This document shows, piece after piece, positions 9,137-17,539 of a stretch of 64,000 bases of DNA; position 1 is the stretch's first letter; each line of letters opens with the position of its first letter. The stretch lies in the NCBI GenBank assembly GCA_001778235.1, contig MFGJ01000001.1, forward strand, positions 165,605-229,604. Direction: 5' to 3'. Below the pieces are notes generated by a model, which was given only the letters and a program-made list of their open reading frames with translations, was not told the origin of the DNA and made no database searches. This DNA is from Candidatus Falkowbacteria bacterium RIFOXYC2_FULL_36_12 (GTDB lineage Bacteria; Patescibacteriota; Patescibacteriia; UBA11705). The position numbers and the translations under genes were made by a program.

Positions 9137-9736
9137 ATGAAAAAATATTTATTAGTTTTTACATTGATGTTGCTTGTTGGAAGTTTTGTTTTTTCACATA
9201 ATGTTTTGGCTGAAGTCAATGATGATTTTAAGACAATCTGTATTCGTTTGGCAGGACCGGATGCACTATTACAGGGAAAGTGTGCTGAAATAACGCCGGT
9301 TTCTTCCTCGGATTTTGCAAGGTTAAAATGTAAGGAAGTAGCTGAAGCCTTGTCTGATGAAGATGGGGTTCAGGATTGTGAAAATGTGGGAATTATTGCC
9401 CCAAGCACAACAGGTGATACTGCAAGCGGAGAAGGAGCAGAAGATGATTTGATAAAAGGAATATATGATAGTATTGGAAAGTTTGAAGAATTGGGAATTA
9501 CTTCGGCGAATCAAGATGTGCCAACATTTGTAGGAAATATTTTGAAATTATTTTTTGGTATAATTGGTTCAGTTGCTTTAGTAATGTTTATTTATGGTGG
9601 ATTTGGTTATATGACATCAGCGGGCGATCCGAAGAAGGTGGCAAATGCTAAAAATACTTTTATTTGGGCATCACTTGGACTTTTGTTGGTTTTTGGTGCT
9701 TATGCTCTAGTAAATTTTGTAATCAGTAATTTATAA
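9137..9736 (+). CDS. TrbC/VirB2-like pilin family protein 2, with an extended Cys-containing N-domain
   Basis: Signal peptide. ...YGGFGYMTSAGDPKKVANAKNTFIWASLGLLLVFGAYALVNFV. Confidence 0.6.
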   Translation: MKKYLLVFTLMLLVGSFVFSHNVLAEVNDDFKTICIRLAGPDALLQGKCAEITPVSSSDFARLKCKEVAEALSDEDGVQDCENVGIIAPSTTGDTASGEGAEDDLIKGIYDSIGKFEELGITSANQDVPTFVGNILKLFFGIIGSVALVMFIYGGFGYMTSAGDPKKVANAKNTFIWASLGLLLVFGAYALVNFVISNL

Positions 9737-9790
9737 AGGTCGGATAATAATACTCGCGGGGCGAGAATTTAAATATTAATTGAAAAAAAC

Positions 9791-10165
9791 ATGTTAAAAA
9801 AAATTATCGCAATTACAATGGTTTTGACTCTTGCAATAGCAGTCGCAACTCCGGTATTGGCGGCAAGTGATCCGTTCGGAGTAGAGACTGTTGGAACAGA
9901 ATTGAACCTTGGAAACAAAGATATTCGTCAGACAATTGGTGAGATTATCAATGTTGGTTTGGGATTTCTTGGAGTGGTTGCTATTATCATTGTACTTATT
10001 GGTGGTTTCAAGTATATGACTGCTGGTGGAGCTGAAGAAAAGACTAAAGAGGCAAGAAAATGGATAATTTCAGGTGTGATTGGTTTAGCAATTATTTTGT
10101 CTGCATACGCAATTACAACTTTTGTTGTAAATCAACTGGTTACAGCGACTGGTAGTGGTGTTTAG
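9791..10165 (+). CDS. TrbC/VirB2-like pilin family protein 3
   Basis: GGFKYMTAGGAEEKTKEARKWIISGVIGLAIILSAYAITTFV. Confidence 0.6.
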   Translation: MLKKIIAITMVLTLAIAVATPVLAASDPFGVETVGTELNLGNKDIRQTIGEIINVGLGFLGVVAIIIVLIGGFKYMTAGGAEEKTKEARKWIISGVIGLAIILSAYAITTFVVNQLVTATGSGV

Positions 10166-10181
10166 TCACGAAAATTATTGA

Positions 10182-10217
10182 GGCAGAGTTTTAGCAGCTG
10201 AAAAACTCTGCCGTTTT
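10182..10217 (+). terminator. Rho-independent terminator (ggcagagtttt...aaaactctgcc + TTTT)
   Basis: 11-bp stem followed by a T-run. Confidence 0.6.
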
Positions 10218-10252
10218 CACTAGAGTAAAAAGTCTATAAATTTTTTGCCTTA

Positions 10253-10642
10253 GTGAAAGATATGAAGAAATATTTAGTTTTAATTACAATATTAATGCTT
10301 TTTCCCCTTGGGGCGTTAAAGGCGTCGCCAATTGAAGATGGGTTGAATTTATCAGCTACAACTTCAGGCTTGGTGACTGAAGAGCAGACACAATCAGAGG
10401 CGGATTTATTGGTGGCGGAAAAGATAGGAACTATTATCAAGGTTTTTTTGTCAATTATTGGTATTATATTTTTGATGTTGATCATTTTCGGTGGTACTCT
10501 ATGGATGACTGCTGGTGGTGATCAAACTCAACTGACTAAAGGTAAGAACTATATTATTTACGCGGCGATTGGGCTGGTTATGATTGCCGGTAGTTATGCT
10601 GTAACAGATTTTGTGATAAGAGCATTTATTGATCAATTTTAG
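10253..10642 (+). CDS. TrbC/VirB2-like pilin family protein 4
   Basis: FGGTLWMTAGGDQTQLTKGKNYIIYAAIGLVMIAGSYAVTDFV. Confidence 0.6.
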   Translation: MKDMKKYLVLITILMLFPLGALKASPIEDGLNLSATTSGLVTEEQTQSEADLLVAEKIGTIIKVFLSIIGIIFLMLIIFGGTLWMTAGGDQTQLTKGKNYIIYAAIGLVMIAGSYAVTDFVIRAFIDQF

Positions 10643-10656
10643 ATATTATAAAAATT

Positions 10657-11043
10657 GTGCTAAAATGCATATTAAGTATGAAGAATAAAATTTTAATTTG
10701 TTTGGTACTGTTTGGTCTGGTTGTTGGAGGTCAAGTTTTGGCTTTTGATGTGGAAAATACTGGTTTGGGAAAAACTGCGGAAACGGCAGGGTATAATCTG
10801 ACTAAATCTGATCCAATAGTGATTGCTGGTAATGTAATTCAAATATTTTTGGGACTATTAGGTTTAATTTTGATGATTATTTTGGTTTATGCTGGTTTTA
10901 TGTACATGTTGGCTGGAGACAGATCTGATCAGGTGACAAAAGCTAAAGCTTGGATTACTAATAGTATAATAGGAATTGTGATTGTGGCAGGAGCCTATGC
11001 AATTTCAACCTATGTGATTGAGGCATTAATAAGTAGTGTTTAA
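10657..11043 (+). CDS. TrbC/VirB2-like pilin family protein 5
   Basis: AGFMYMLAGDRSDQVTKAKAWITNSIIGIVIVAGAYAISTYV. Confidence 0.6.
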   Translation: MLKCILSMKNKILICLVLFGLVVGGQVLAFDVENTGLGKTAETAGYNLTKSDPIVIAGNVIQIFLGLLGLILMIILVYAGFMYMLAGDRSDQVTKAKAWITNSIIGIVIVAGAYAISTYVIEALISSV

Positions 11044-11045
11044 AT

Positions 11046-11426
11046 ATGAAAAAAATTGTATTGTGTTTAATGATTATTTTGGCTTTATTTGTGATGACAA
11101 CGGTTGTGGTAAATGCCAGTGCTTTTGATCAAGCAGCAGTAAATTTGACCAAAGGTGGAGATCAAGCTTATGGAGAAGGGACTGAAACTGATTTGCCGAT
11201 TTTGGTTGGGAGTATTGTAAATGTTTTTTTGGCTGTGCTTGGTATTGTGCTGACAATAATAATAATTCGTGGTGGTTTTATGTACATGTTGGCTGGTGGT
11301 GATCCAAATCAAACTCAAAAAGCTAAATCATGGATTATTAATGGTGTAATTGGGTTAATAATTATTTTGGCGGCCTATGCGATCTCATCGTTTGTGGTCA
11401 GCAGTTTGGTAGAAGCGGGCAAATAA
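11046..11426 (+). CDS. TrbC/VirB2-like pilin family protein 6
   Basis: GGFMYMLAGGDPNQTQKAKSWIINGVIGLIIILAAYAISSFV. Confidence 0.6.
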   Translation: MKKIVLCLMIILALFVMTTVVVNASAFDQAAVNLTKGGDQAYGEGTETDLPILVGSIVNVFLAVLGIVLTIIIIRGGFMYMLAGGDPNQTQKAKSWIINGVIGLIIILAAYAISSFVVSSLVEAGK

Positions 11427-11441
11427 TTTAAGCTGAAATAT

Positions 11442-11843
11442 ATGAAAAAAATTTTAATATTTTTATTTCTGTTTGTTCTAGTGTTTCTAACATTGCAAAT
11501 AAGTCCGGTTTTAGCAGGGACCACCGAAAGAACTATTGAATCAGAGCTTGGTAAATTTGGGGATACTGGTTACGGAAGTGAAGAAGCAACTCCATTACCA
11601 TTACTTGTTGGGCGAATTATAAGTGTGGTTTTGGGGCTTTTGGGAATTGTGTTATTATTTATAATAATTCGCGGTGGATTTATGTATATGACTGCTGGCG
11701 GTGATCCAAATCAAACCCAGAAAGCTAAATCGTGGATTATAAATGGTGTGATTGGATTGGTGATTTGTTTTACTTCATATATGCTAAGTTCATATATTGT
11801 TGGGAGGCTGATGGAAGATGTGTTGCAGGTGACATTGTTGTAG
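11442..11843 (+). CDS. TrbC/VirB2-like pilin family protein 7
   Basis: GGFMYMTAGGDPNQTQKAKSWIINGVIGLVICFTSYMLSSYI. Confidence 0.6.
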   Translation: MKKILIFLFLFVLVFLTLQISPVLAGTTERTIESELGKFGDTGYGSEEATPLPLLVGRIISVVLGLLGIVLLFIIIRGGFMYMTAGGDPNQTQKAKSWIINGVIGLVICFTSYMLSSYIVGRLMEDVLQVTLL

Positions 11844-11867
11844 ATGTGAGAAGTACTGAAATTTGAT

Positions 11868-12062
11868 GATACAAATATACAAATACTACGAATATTACAA
11901 ATACTAGAGATACGAATATACAAATATTACGAATATTACAAATGCTAGAGATACGAATATACAAATACTACGAATATTACAAATGCTAGAGATACGAATA
12001 TACAAATATTACGAATATTACAAATACTAGAGATACAAAGATACAAATATTACGAATGCTAG
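11868..12062. repeat. Tandem repeat of about 41-42 bp, roughly 4.5 copies (agatacgaatatacaaatattacgaatattacaaatgctag)
   Basis: Direct reading. Lies between pilin 7 and pilin 8. Confidence 0.85.
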
Positions 12063-12148
12063 AAGTATGTATTATAGATATTACGGATTTATGAAAGTAA
12101 TGTATTTAATATATAATTGGAGATATAAAAAATAATTAAATAAAAATT

Positions 12149-12544
12149 ATGAAGACAAAAGTTATTGCAATGGTTTTATCACTCGTAGTGTGTTTATTGC
12201 TCGTTGCACCAGTAGCTTTGGCACAAATTGATATTCAAAGCAATTTGAATGCAACTGGTGAAGGTGTATATGGACCTGGGGATCAACCTTCAGATGAATT
12301 GCCAGTAATTATTGGACGAATTATCAATGTGGTGCTTGGTTTTATGGGTGTAGTCATGGTATTGATTGTAATTTATGGTGGATTTCTCTATATGACTGCT
12401 GGTGGTGAGCCAGGGAAAGCAGACAAAGCAAAAAGCTGGATTATAAACGGTATTATTGGTTTGATTATCATGCTGTCTGCCTATGGAATCACCAGTTTTG
12501 TTATCACTCGGTTAACAGCTGCCACAGGAACAACTGCAAATTAA
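12149..12544 (+). CDS. TrbC/VirB2-like pilin family protein 8
   Basis: GGFLYMTAGGEPGKADKAKSWIINGIIGLIIMLSAYGITSFV. Confidence 0.6.
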   Translation: MKTKVIAMVLSLVVCLLLVAPVALAQIDIQSNLNATGEGVYGPGDQPSDELPVIIGRIINVVLGFMGVVMVLIVIYGGFLYMTAGGEPGKADKAKSWIINGIIGLIIMLSAYGITSFVITRLTAATGTTAN

Positions 12545-12559
12545 AAAATAAGAAATATA

Positions 12560-12582
12560 GCCCCCGAAAGGGGGTTTTTTGT
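12560..12582 (+). terminator. Rho-independent terminator gcccccgaaagggggTTTTTT, closing the pilin array
   Basis: Perfect GC stem with a GAAA loop and a T6 run. Confidence 0.8.
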
Positions 12583-12693
12583 TTAAAGGTAAAGTCGTTG
12601 GAAGTAGTGGTCACTAGTGTAATTTAAATGTAAGTTGTTGTTTTGCTATGGCAAATTTTTTTGAGAATACGGGATTGATTACGAGTAGAATCC

Positions 12694-12768
12694 CCCCAGA
12701 CCTGCTTTCATTAAGATTACGGCAGGCAAGCCCCGAGGTTGATCATGTTCGTGGGGTTTAAAGTTAGT
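12694..12768. repeat. F1 repeat (ccccagacctgc.ttcat.aagattacggcaggcaagccccgaggttgatcatgttcgtgggg). Copies also at about 12983-13050, 48050-48105, 48375-48440, 48478-48545; partial copy at 15905-15945.
   Basis: Direct reading. Internal inverted repeat cctgcc...ggcagg. Confidence 0.75.
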
Positions 12769-12790
12769 GATTGATTTTGCTAAAGCAAGT

Positions 12791-12960
12791 TTTTTTGACA
12801 CCCTGCCTGAAAGCATAGCCTGTCTCGACTTCACGGTGAAGACGGGCAAGATGCGTTAAATGTTATTGTTGTTTATATATTTAAATTTGTCACTCTGAAC
12901 TTGTTTCAGAGTATAAAGGGATAGCTTGATTATACCCTGAAATAAATTCAGGGTGACAAG
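12791..12960 (+). repeat. F4 ~170-bp repeat, copy 1 (ttttgacaccctgcctgaaagc...gtcactctgaacttgtttcagagtataaag...)
   Basis: About 90% identical to copy 2 at 15719-15900, in direct orientation. Confidence 0.8.
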
Positions 12961-13121
12961 TGAGCGTATTGGTAGCGCGCATTGCGCCCCAGACCTGACT
13001 TCATCAAGATTACGGCAGGCAAGACCCGATGATGTTTATGTTCGATGCTTTAAATATATTGGCTTGGTGGTGGTGTTTGCGGTAAAAAGCCTTAGTCATA
13101 ATAACTGGTGATTTTTATTGA

Positions 13122-13166
13122 AAAAGCTCTTCGCCAAGCATGGGTGCGAAGAGCCTTTTTTATTTT
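13122..13166. terminator. Bidirectional terminator (gctcttcgc-N11-gcgaagagc flanked by T-runs on both strands)
   Basis: 9-bp stem. Terminates the minus-strand SIS gene. Confidence 0.55.
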
Positions 13167-13182
13167 GACGGGCAATGCCCGA

Positions 13183-14208
13183 TTATTGATTTAGCAGAGC
13201 TTTGAATTGTTCAACCATTTCTACTGGCGCAGGATCTACTCCATATTCCAAAGCTAAATAATATGATGTCCAAAGACCAATAAGCAGTGATGAAAATAAT
13301 TTTGAAAAGGCTGACTGTCCTGACATTGGTATTATTTCAACCTCAAGTTTATTTTCCATTAATTTTTGAAATACTTTTATTCTTTGATTGATTTTTTCAT
13401 TATCATCAGGGTCTTGGAAAATTAGAATTTTGTAATTGGTAAGAGGATTGGTATAGCCAACCATTTCATTGTGATTTAATTCAGGAAAAACATTCCAGAA
13501 ACAGGGGATTTTTGAATTTTCATTGAAATTTATTTTTATTACCATAGCAAGATATTTCCAGTGGTCAGAAGTATAAATGATTGGAGTTTTGTCTCGTAAT
13601 GATTTGGCTAGAGTCTGTGCTTGATGTTTGAATTTAGGTGTGTCTGAAAGTAAGGAATCAATTTCTGGTTTGAGCTCTGGCAGATTGAATTGTAATAAAT
13701 CAGAAAGTGTCAGAATTTTTAATAAACTGCCAACAAAGTAACCGTAGCCCATTCGTGGTTCAATAACATCGTTTGGAATTTTTACAAATGGAATATGATT
13801 GTCAAGCGCGAGTTTTTCAATTTTGCCACCGGTTGCAAGTACGATTAAATTGGTGAAGCCGGTTTTAATTGCTTGCCCCAAGGCTGAAAGAGTTTCTTCA
13901 GTATTGCCAGAATAGGAAATAAAAATACCGCCACTTTTTGCATCAAAATTTTTCGGTAAAGTGTATGTGCGGTTAATGTGAATCGGTATATTGAATTGTA
14001 GGTCGGAATTGGCTAAGAAAGTTTTTAAAATATTGGCAGGAAGAGCAGAACCACCCATACCAGAAATAAAAATTTTATCTGGTGTGGAAGAAAATTTGGT
14101 CGATGTAAAGTCCCAAGCTTGTAAAAGCTGTTCAGGTAATTTTTCAATTACTGAATAAAGGTTTGATTGATCAAATTTATTTATCAATTCTTCCATAGAT
14201 AACCTCAA
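13183..14208 (-). CDS. SIS-domain bifunctional phosphoglucose/phosphomannose isomerase family protein
   Basis: FISGMGGSALPANIL...FISYSGNTEETLSA...ATGGKI pattern of the PGI/PMI (archaeal-type) family. Confidence 0.65.
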   Translation of the reverse strand: MRLSMEELINKFDQSNLYSVIEKLPEQLLQAWDFTSTKFSSTPDKIFISGMGGSALPANILKTFLANSDLQFNIPIHINRTYTLPKNFDAKSGGIFISYSGNTEETLSALGQAIKTGFTNLIVLATGGKIEKLALDNHIPFVKIPNDVIEPRMGYGYFVGSLLKILTLSDLLQFNLPELKPEIDSLLSDTPKFKHQAQTLAKSLRDKTPIIYTSDHWKYLAMVIKINFNENSKIPCFWNVFPELNHNEMVGYTNPLTNYKILIFQDPDDNEKINQRIKVFQKLMENKLEVEIIPMSGQSAFSKLFSSLLIGLWTSYYLALEYGVDPAPVEMVEQFKALLNQ

Positions 14209-14542
14209 TATTTTTTAAGATAAATTAACTTTAACAAAAGAAAAATTTTTTGGCAATAAAATTTATGCACAGAAAGTTTGTAGGAAATTTAAGTGATGGC
14301 TAAACTTGTGACTACACAGGCTAACGGTCAAGGTTGCTCGAGAAATCAGATGGGTTATAAAGGTCTGAAAATGATTAAGCGGTACGGGAATAGTATCTTT
14401 TTGGAAGAAGTTTTCAGTATATTAATGGATCGTTGGAGTTTTGAAAAAGGATAATTTTTTTATCCGCAATGATTGACAGAATATTGGTTTTGGTGTTAAA
14501 TGGATTAATTGTAGGTTCTTTTCACAAGCGGGGAGGGAAACA

Positions 14543-15148
14543 ATGGATAAACAAAGAGTTCAGAAACAGTATGAGATTGTAGCCCAGGTAATGCGGGTTT
14601 TTCGTCCTGGAACTTTTCTTGAAGTAGAATATAAGGTGTTTACACTTGATGAGGTTGGTAAGTCAGATGAGAAAGAAAAATTAGAGATTTTGCATTCAGC
14701 TGGATTTTGGACCAGTATTGATAATGACGCTTTGGTGGCGGAAATTGAATCTGCTCACTTGGAATTTGTTGGGGATACAATGCTCTTATCTATAAGGATT
14801 AAATTTTTTAGGGGTAATGTTTTTATTGATGATTCAAATCAAGAGTTTATGACAAGGGTGTCTCTGCAGTTTAGTAAGAATTATATTGGAAGAAATGATT
14901 TGGGATTGTTGGTTGAACAGAGGCAGGCTAACCTGGAGACTATTGATGATGAGTTGTCAGATGCTGATGATTTACTTAAAAGATTTTCCAGCGGAAATTA
15001 TATTTATGAAAGTAATGGCGGTTATATTTGTTTGTTGGGAAAAGATGTTTTGGTGTTTATTATGGAAGAGATGCAGATAGTAAAAAGGAATATAAAGACC
15101 CTAGAGCTGGCGGTGCAAGCGATGCAGACACAGTTGAGTAGAAAATGA
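14543..15148 (+). CDS. Hypothetical protein
   Basis: Long ORF whose TGA stop overlaps the ATG of the next ORF (ATGA), indicating coupling. Confidence 0.4.
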   Translation: MDKQRVQKQYEIVAQVMRVFRPGTFLEVEYKVFTLDEVGKSDEKEKLEILHSAGFWTSIDNDALVAEIESAHLEFVGDTMLLSIRIKFFRGNVFIDDSNQEFMTRVSLQFSKNYIGRNDLGLLVEQRQANLETIDDELSDADDLLKRFSSGNYIYESNGGYICLLGKDVLVFIMEEMQIVKRNIKTLELAVQAMQTQLSRK

Positions 15149-15603
15149 GTAAAACCAGAGATAATGTGATTAGAAGGGCTAACAAGGTCTTTGAAACAGG
15201 AAAAGCAATTTTTGCTCATTATGATTGTTTTAATTGTGAGATAGAGATTTTAAAAAGTATAAGTTTTTGTACTAGAGATGATGAAGTTTTGTCTGTAATT
15301 AAAGGGTTTAGACCTGTCCCGGGCAGTAAAGATGAAACAGATATTAAAATTGAAGTTAGTTTGGAAATACTTCATCTGGGTAACGGCATTGTCTATGCGG
15401 GTAAATTGGTGCTTGATAATCTTTCTGTTTGGGAATTGGGTGAATGCAGTGATGATTTTATTCTTGGTCGGTATGTTATTGGAGATGATAGTAATTGGAT
15501 TAGAACTTTAACTTCGCAGGAAGTGGAGAGGCTAGTAGCTAATTTAGATGAAGCAGACAGTATATCCAAAAGAATTTTACAAATTATTACGATGGAACCT
15601 TGA
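15145..15603 (+). CDS. Hypothetical protein (translationally coupled to the upstream ORF)
   Basis: ORF. No recognisable motif. Confidence 0.4.
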   Translation: MSKTRDNVIRRANKVFETGKAIFAHYDCFNCEIEILKSISFCTRDDEVLSVIKGFRPVPGSKDETDIKIEVSLEILHLGNGIVYAGKLVLDNLSVWELGECSDDFILGRYVIGDDSNWIRTLTSQEVERLVANLDEADSISKRILQIITMEP

Positions 15604-15718
15604 AAAAATATTCAGGGTTTTTTGTTAATTTTAAAAATTTACTGGGGTTTTAATTGCATGTTTTTATTAAGTTTTAATTTGTTCACGGCAAAAAGTCTAC
15701 GGTTCCGCGGTGTGGGTC

Positions 15719-15900
15719 CTTTTTGACACCCTGCCTGAAAGCCTTAGCCTGTCTCGACTTCACGATGAAGACGGGCAAGATGCGTTAGATGTTATTGTTG
15801 TTTATGTATTTAAATTTGTCACTCTGAACTTGTTTCAGAGTATAAAGAGATAGTTTGATTATTTTTGTTATATCCTGAAACAAGTTCAGGATGACAAAAT
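15719..15900 (+). repeat. F4 ~170-bp repeat, copy 2
   Basis: Near-identical to 12791-12960. Confidence 0.8.
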
Positions 15901-16258
15901 AAAATTTTTAGACTCCGAGGTTGATCATGTTCGTGGGATTTAATATAAAAGTAAATGCTTAATACAATGGAAAATGAATTGCAGGTGATTAAATTATTTA
16001 AAGATGGAGTCCTTATGGCCTGTAAAATAGAAACCATCAGTTGTTATTCAGTCGTAAGCTGGCTTAGTTGCTGGTTTAAATCAAGATGGATTATGCGTTC
16101 AGACAAGGTAGAGTTATTGGGTTGACAGTTTGCTTGAAAAAAGAGGATTATTTTGGTATGATTTGATTGCGGAAATACAAAGTATTTTCGTAGATTTTTA
16201 TTATTTATATGTACAATTTTTAGGAGGGAGATTTGTAGGCATTTTAATTTTGAAAAAT

Positions 16259-16975
16259 ATGTCAGGACACTCAAAATGGGCAAATATTCAAGTAAGAAAA
16301 GGAACCCAAGATAAAAAACGGGCAAATTTGTTTTCTAAATTAACTAGAAATATTATTCTAGCAGCTCGAGGTGGGAGTGATTTAGATACAAATTTCAAGT
16401 TACGATTGGCAGTTGAAAAAGCTAAAGAATCTAATGTGCCGAAAGATAATATTGAGCGAGCGATTGCAAAAGGATCTGGTGAGTCAGGTGCGGATCAAAT
16501 CGAAGAAATAATTTATGAAGGTCATGGACCAAATGGGGTAGCGATATTAATTGAGGTTGTAACGGATAATCGCAATAGAACTTCTTCGGAAGTAAAGCAT
16601 ATTTTATCCAAGTATGGCGGAGCTTTGGCTGGGCCAAATTCAGTTAAATGGATGTTTGAACATAAAGGTGTTTTACGCATAAATGAAAATCAATATTCTG
16701 AAAAAGATGAATTTCAATTGGAATTAATTGATTTTGGGGCTGATGATGTAATTGAAGAAGATGGTGGATTGACGGTAATGGCAAAATTTGAGACTTTTCC
16801 CAGATTAAAATTGGCGTTGGAAAAAAAAGGAATAAATTTAGAATATGCTAGTCTTGACTGGGTGGCTAAAGAAACCATTGATGTAAAAGATGATGTTAAG
16901 GAAAGGCTTGATAAGTTATTTGAGGCGCTTGAAGACGATGATGATGTGGCTAATTATTATAGTAATGCCCGATAA
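16259..16975 (+). CDS. yebC: YebC/PmpR family DNA-binding transcriptional regulator
   Basis: MSGHSKWANIQVRKG...NIILAARGG...NVPKDNIERAIAKG. Confidence 0.9.
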   Translation: MSGHSKWANIQVRKGTQDKKRANLFSKLTRNIILAARGGSDLDTNFKLRLAVEKAKESNVPKDNIERAIAKGSGESGADQIEEIIYEGHGPNGVAILIEVVTDNRNRTSSEVKHILSKYGGALAGPNSVKWMFEHKGVLRINENQYSEKDEFQLELIDFGADDVIEEDGGLTVMAKFETFPRLKLALEKKGINLEYASLDWVAKETIDVKDDVKERLDKLFEALEDDDDVANYYSNAR

Positions 16976-17035
16976 AAATAATTAAGTTTGAGTGATCGGT
17001 CAATAGTTGGTATTAAAAGAGCAAAAATATTTATT

Positions 17036-17539
17036 ATGAAAAATGAATTGATAGTATTAGGGATTGATCCAGGGTTTGCTTTGACCGGTTATGGGGTAAT
17101 AAAGGCTAGTTCACAGAAAATTGAAGCAATTGATTTTGGTTGTTTTGAAACAAAAGTGGGTGAAGATTTTTCAGATAGATTATTATATTTGAGCAAAGAA
17201 TTGAAGAAAATCATTATAAAATATAAACCGGATATTGTTGGTGTGGAGGAATTGTTTTTCAATAAAAATGTAAAAACCGCTTTGAAGGTAGCGCATGCGC
17301 GCGGTGTAGTCTTACTGGTGTGTGGTCAGTTTGGAATTCCAGCATTTGAATTTACTCCGACACAGGTCAAACAAGCGATTTCTTGTTATGGTCGAGCTGA
17401 TAAAAAACAAGTACAACAAATGATAAAAATTTTGTTAAATTTAAAAAAAACACCAAAGCCTGATGATGTAGCCGATGCTTTGGCGGTTGCTGTTTGCGCA
17501 GCAAATTCTTATAAAATAAAATCGGTTTATGAAAAATAA
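17036..17539 (+). CDS. ruvC: Crossover junction endodeoxyribonuclease RuvC
   Basis: LGIDPGFALTGYGVI...DALAVAV motifs, in the conserved yebC-ruvC arrangement. Confidence 0.85.
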   Translation: MKNELIVLGIDPGFALTGYGVIKASSQKIEAIDFGCFETKVGEDFSDRLLYLSKELKKIIIKYKPDIVGVEELFFNKNVKTALKVAHARGVVLLVCGQFGIPAFEFTPTQVKQAISCYGRADKKQVQQMIKILLNLKKTPKPDDVADALAVAVCAANSYKIKSVYEK

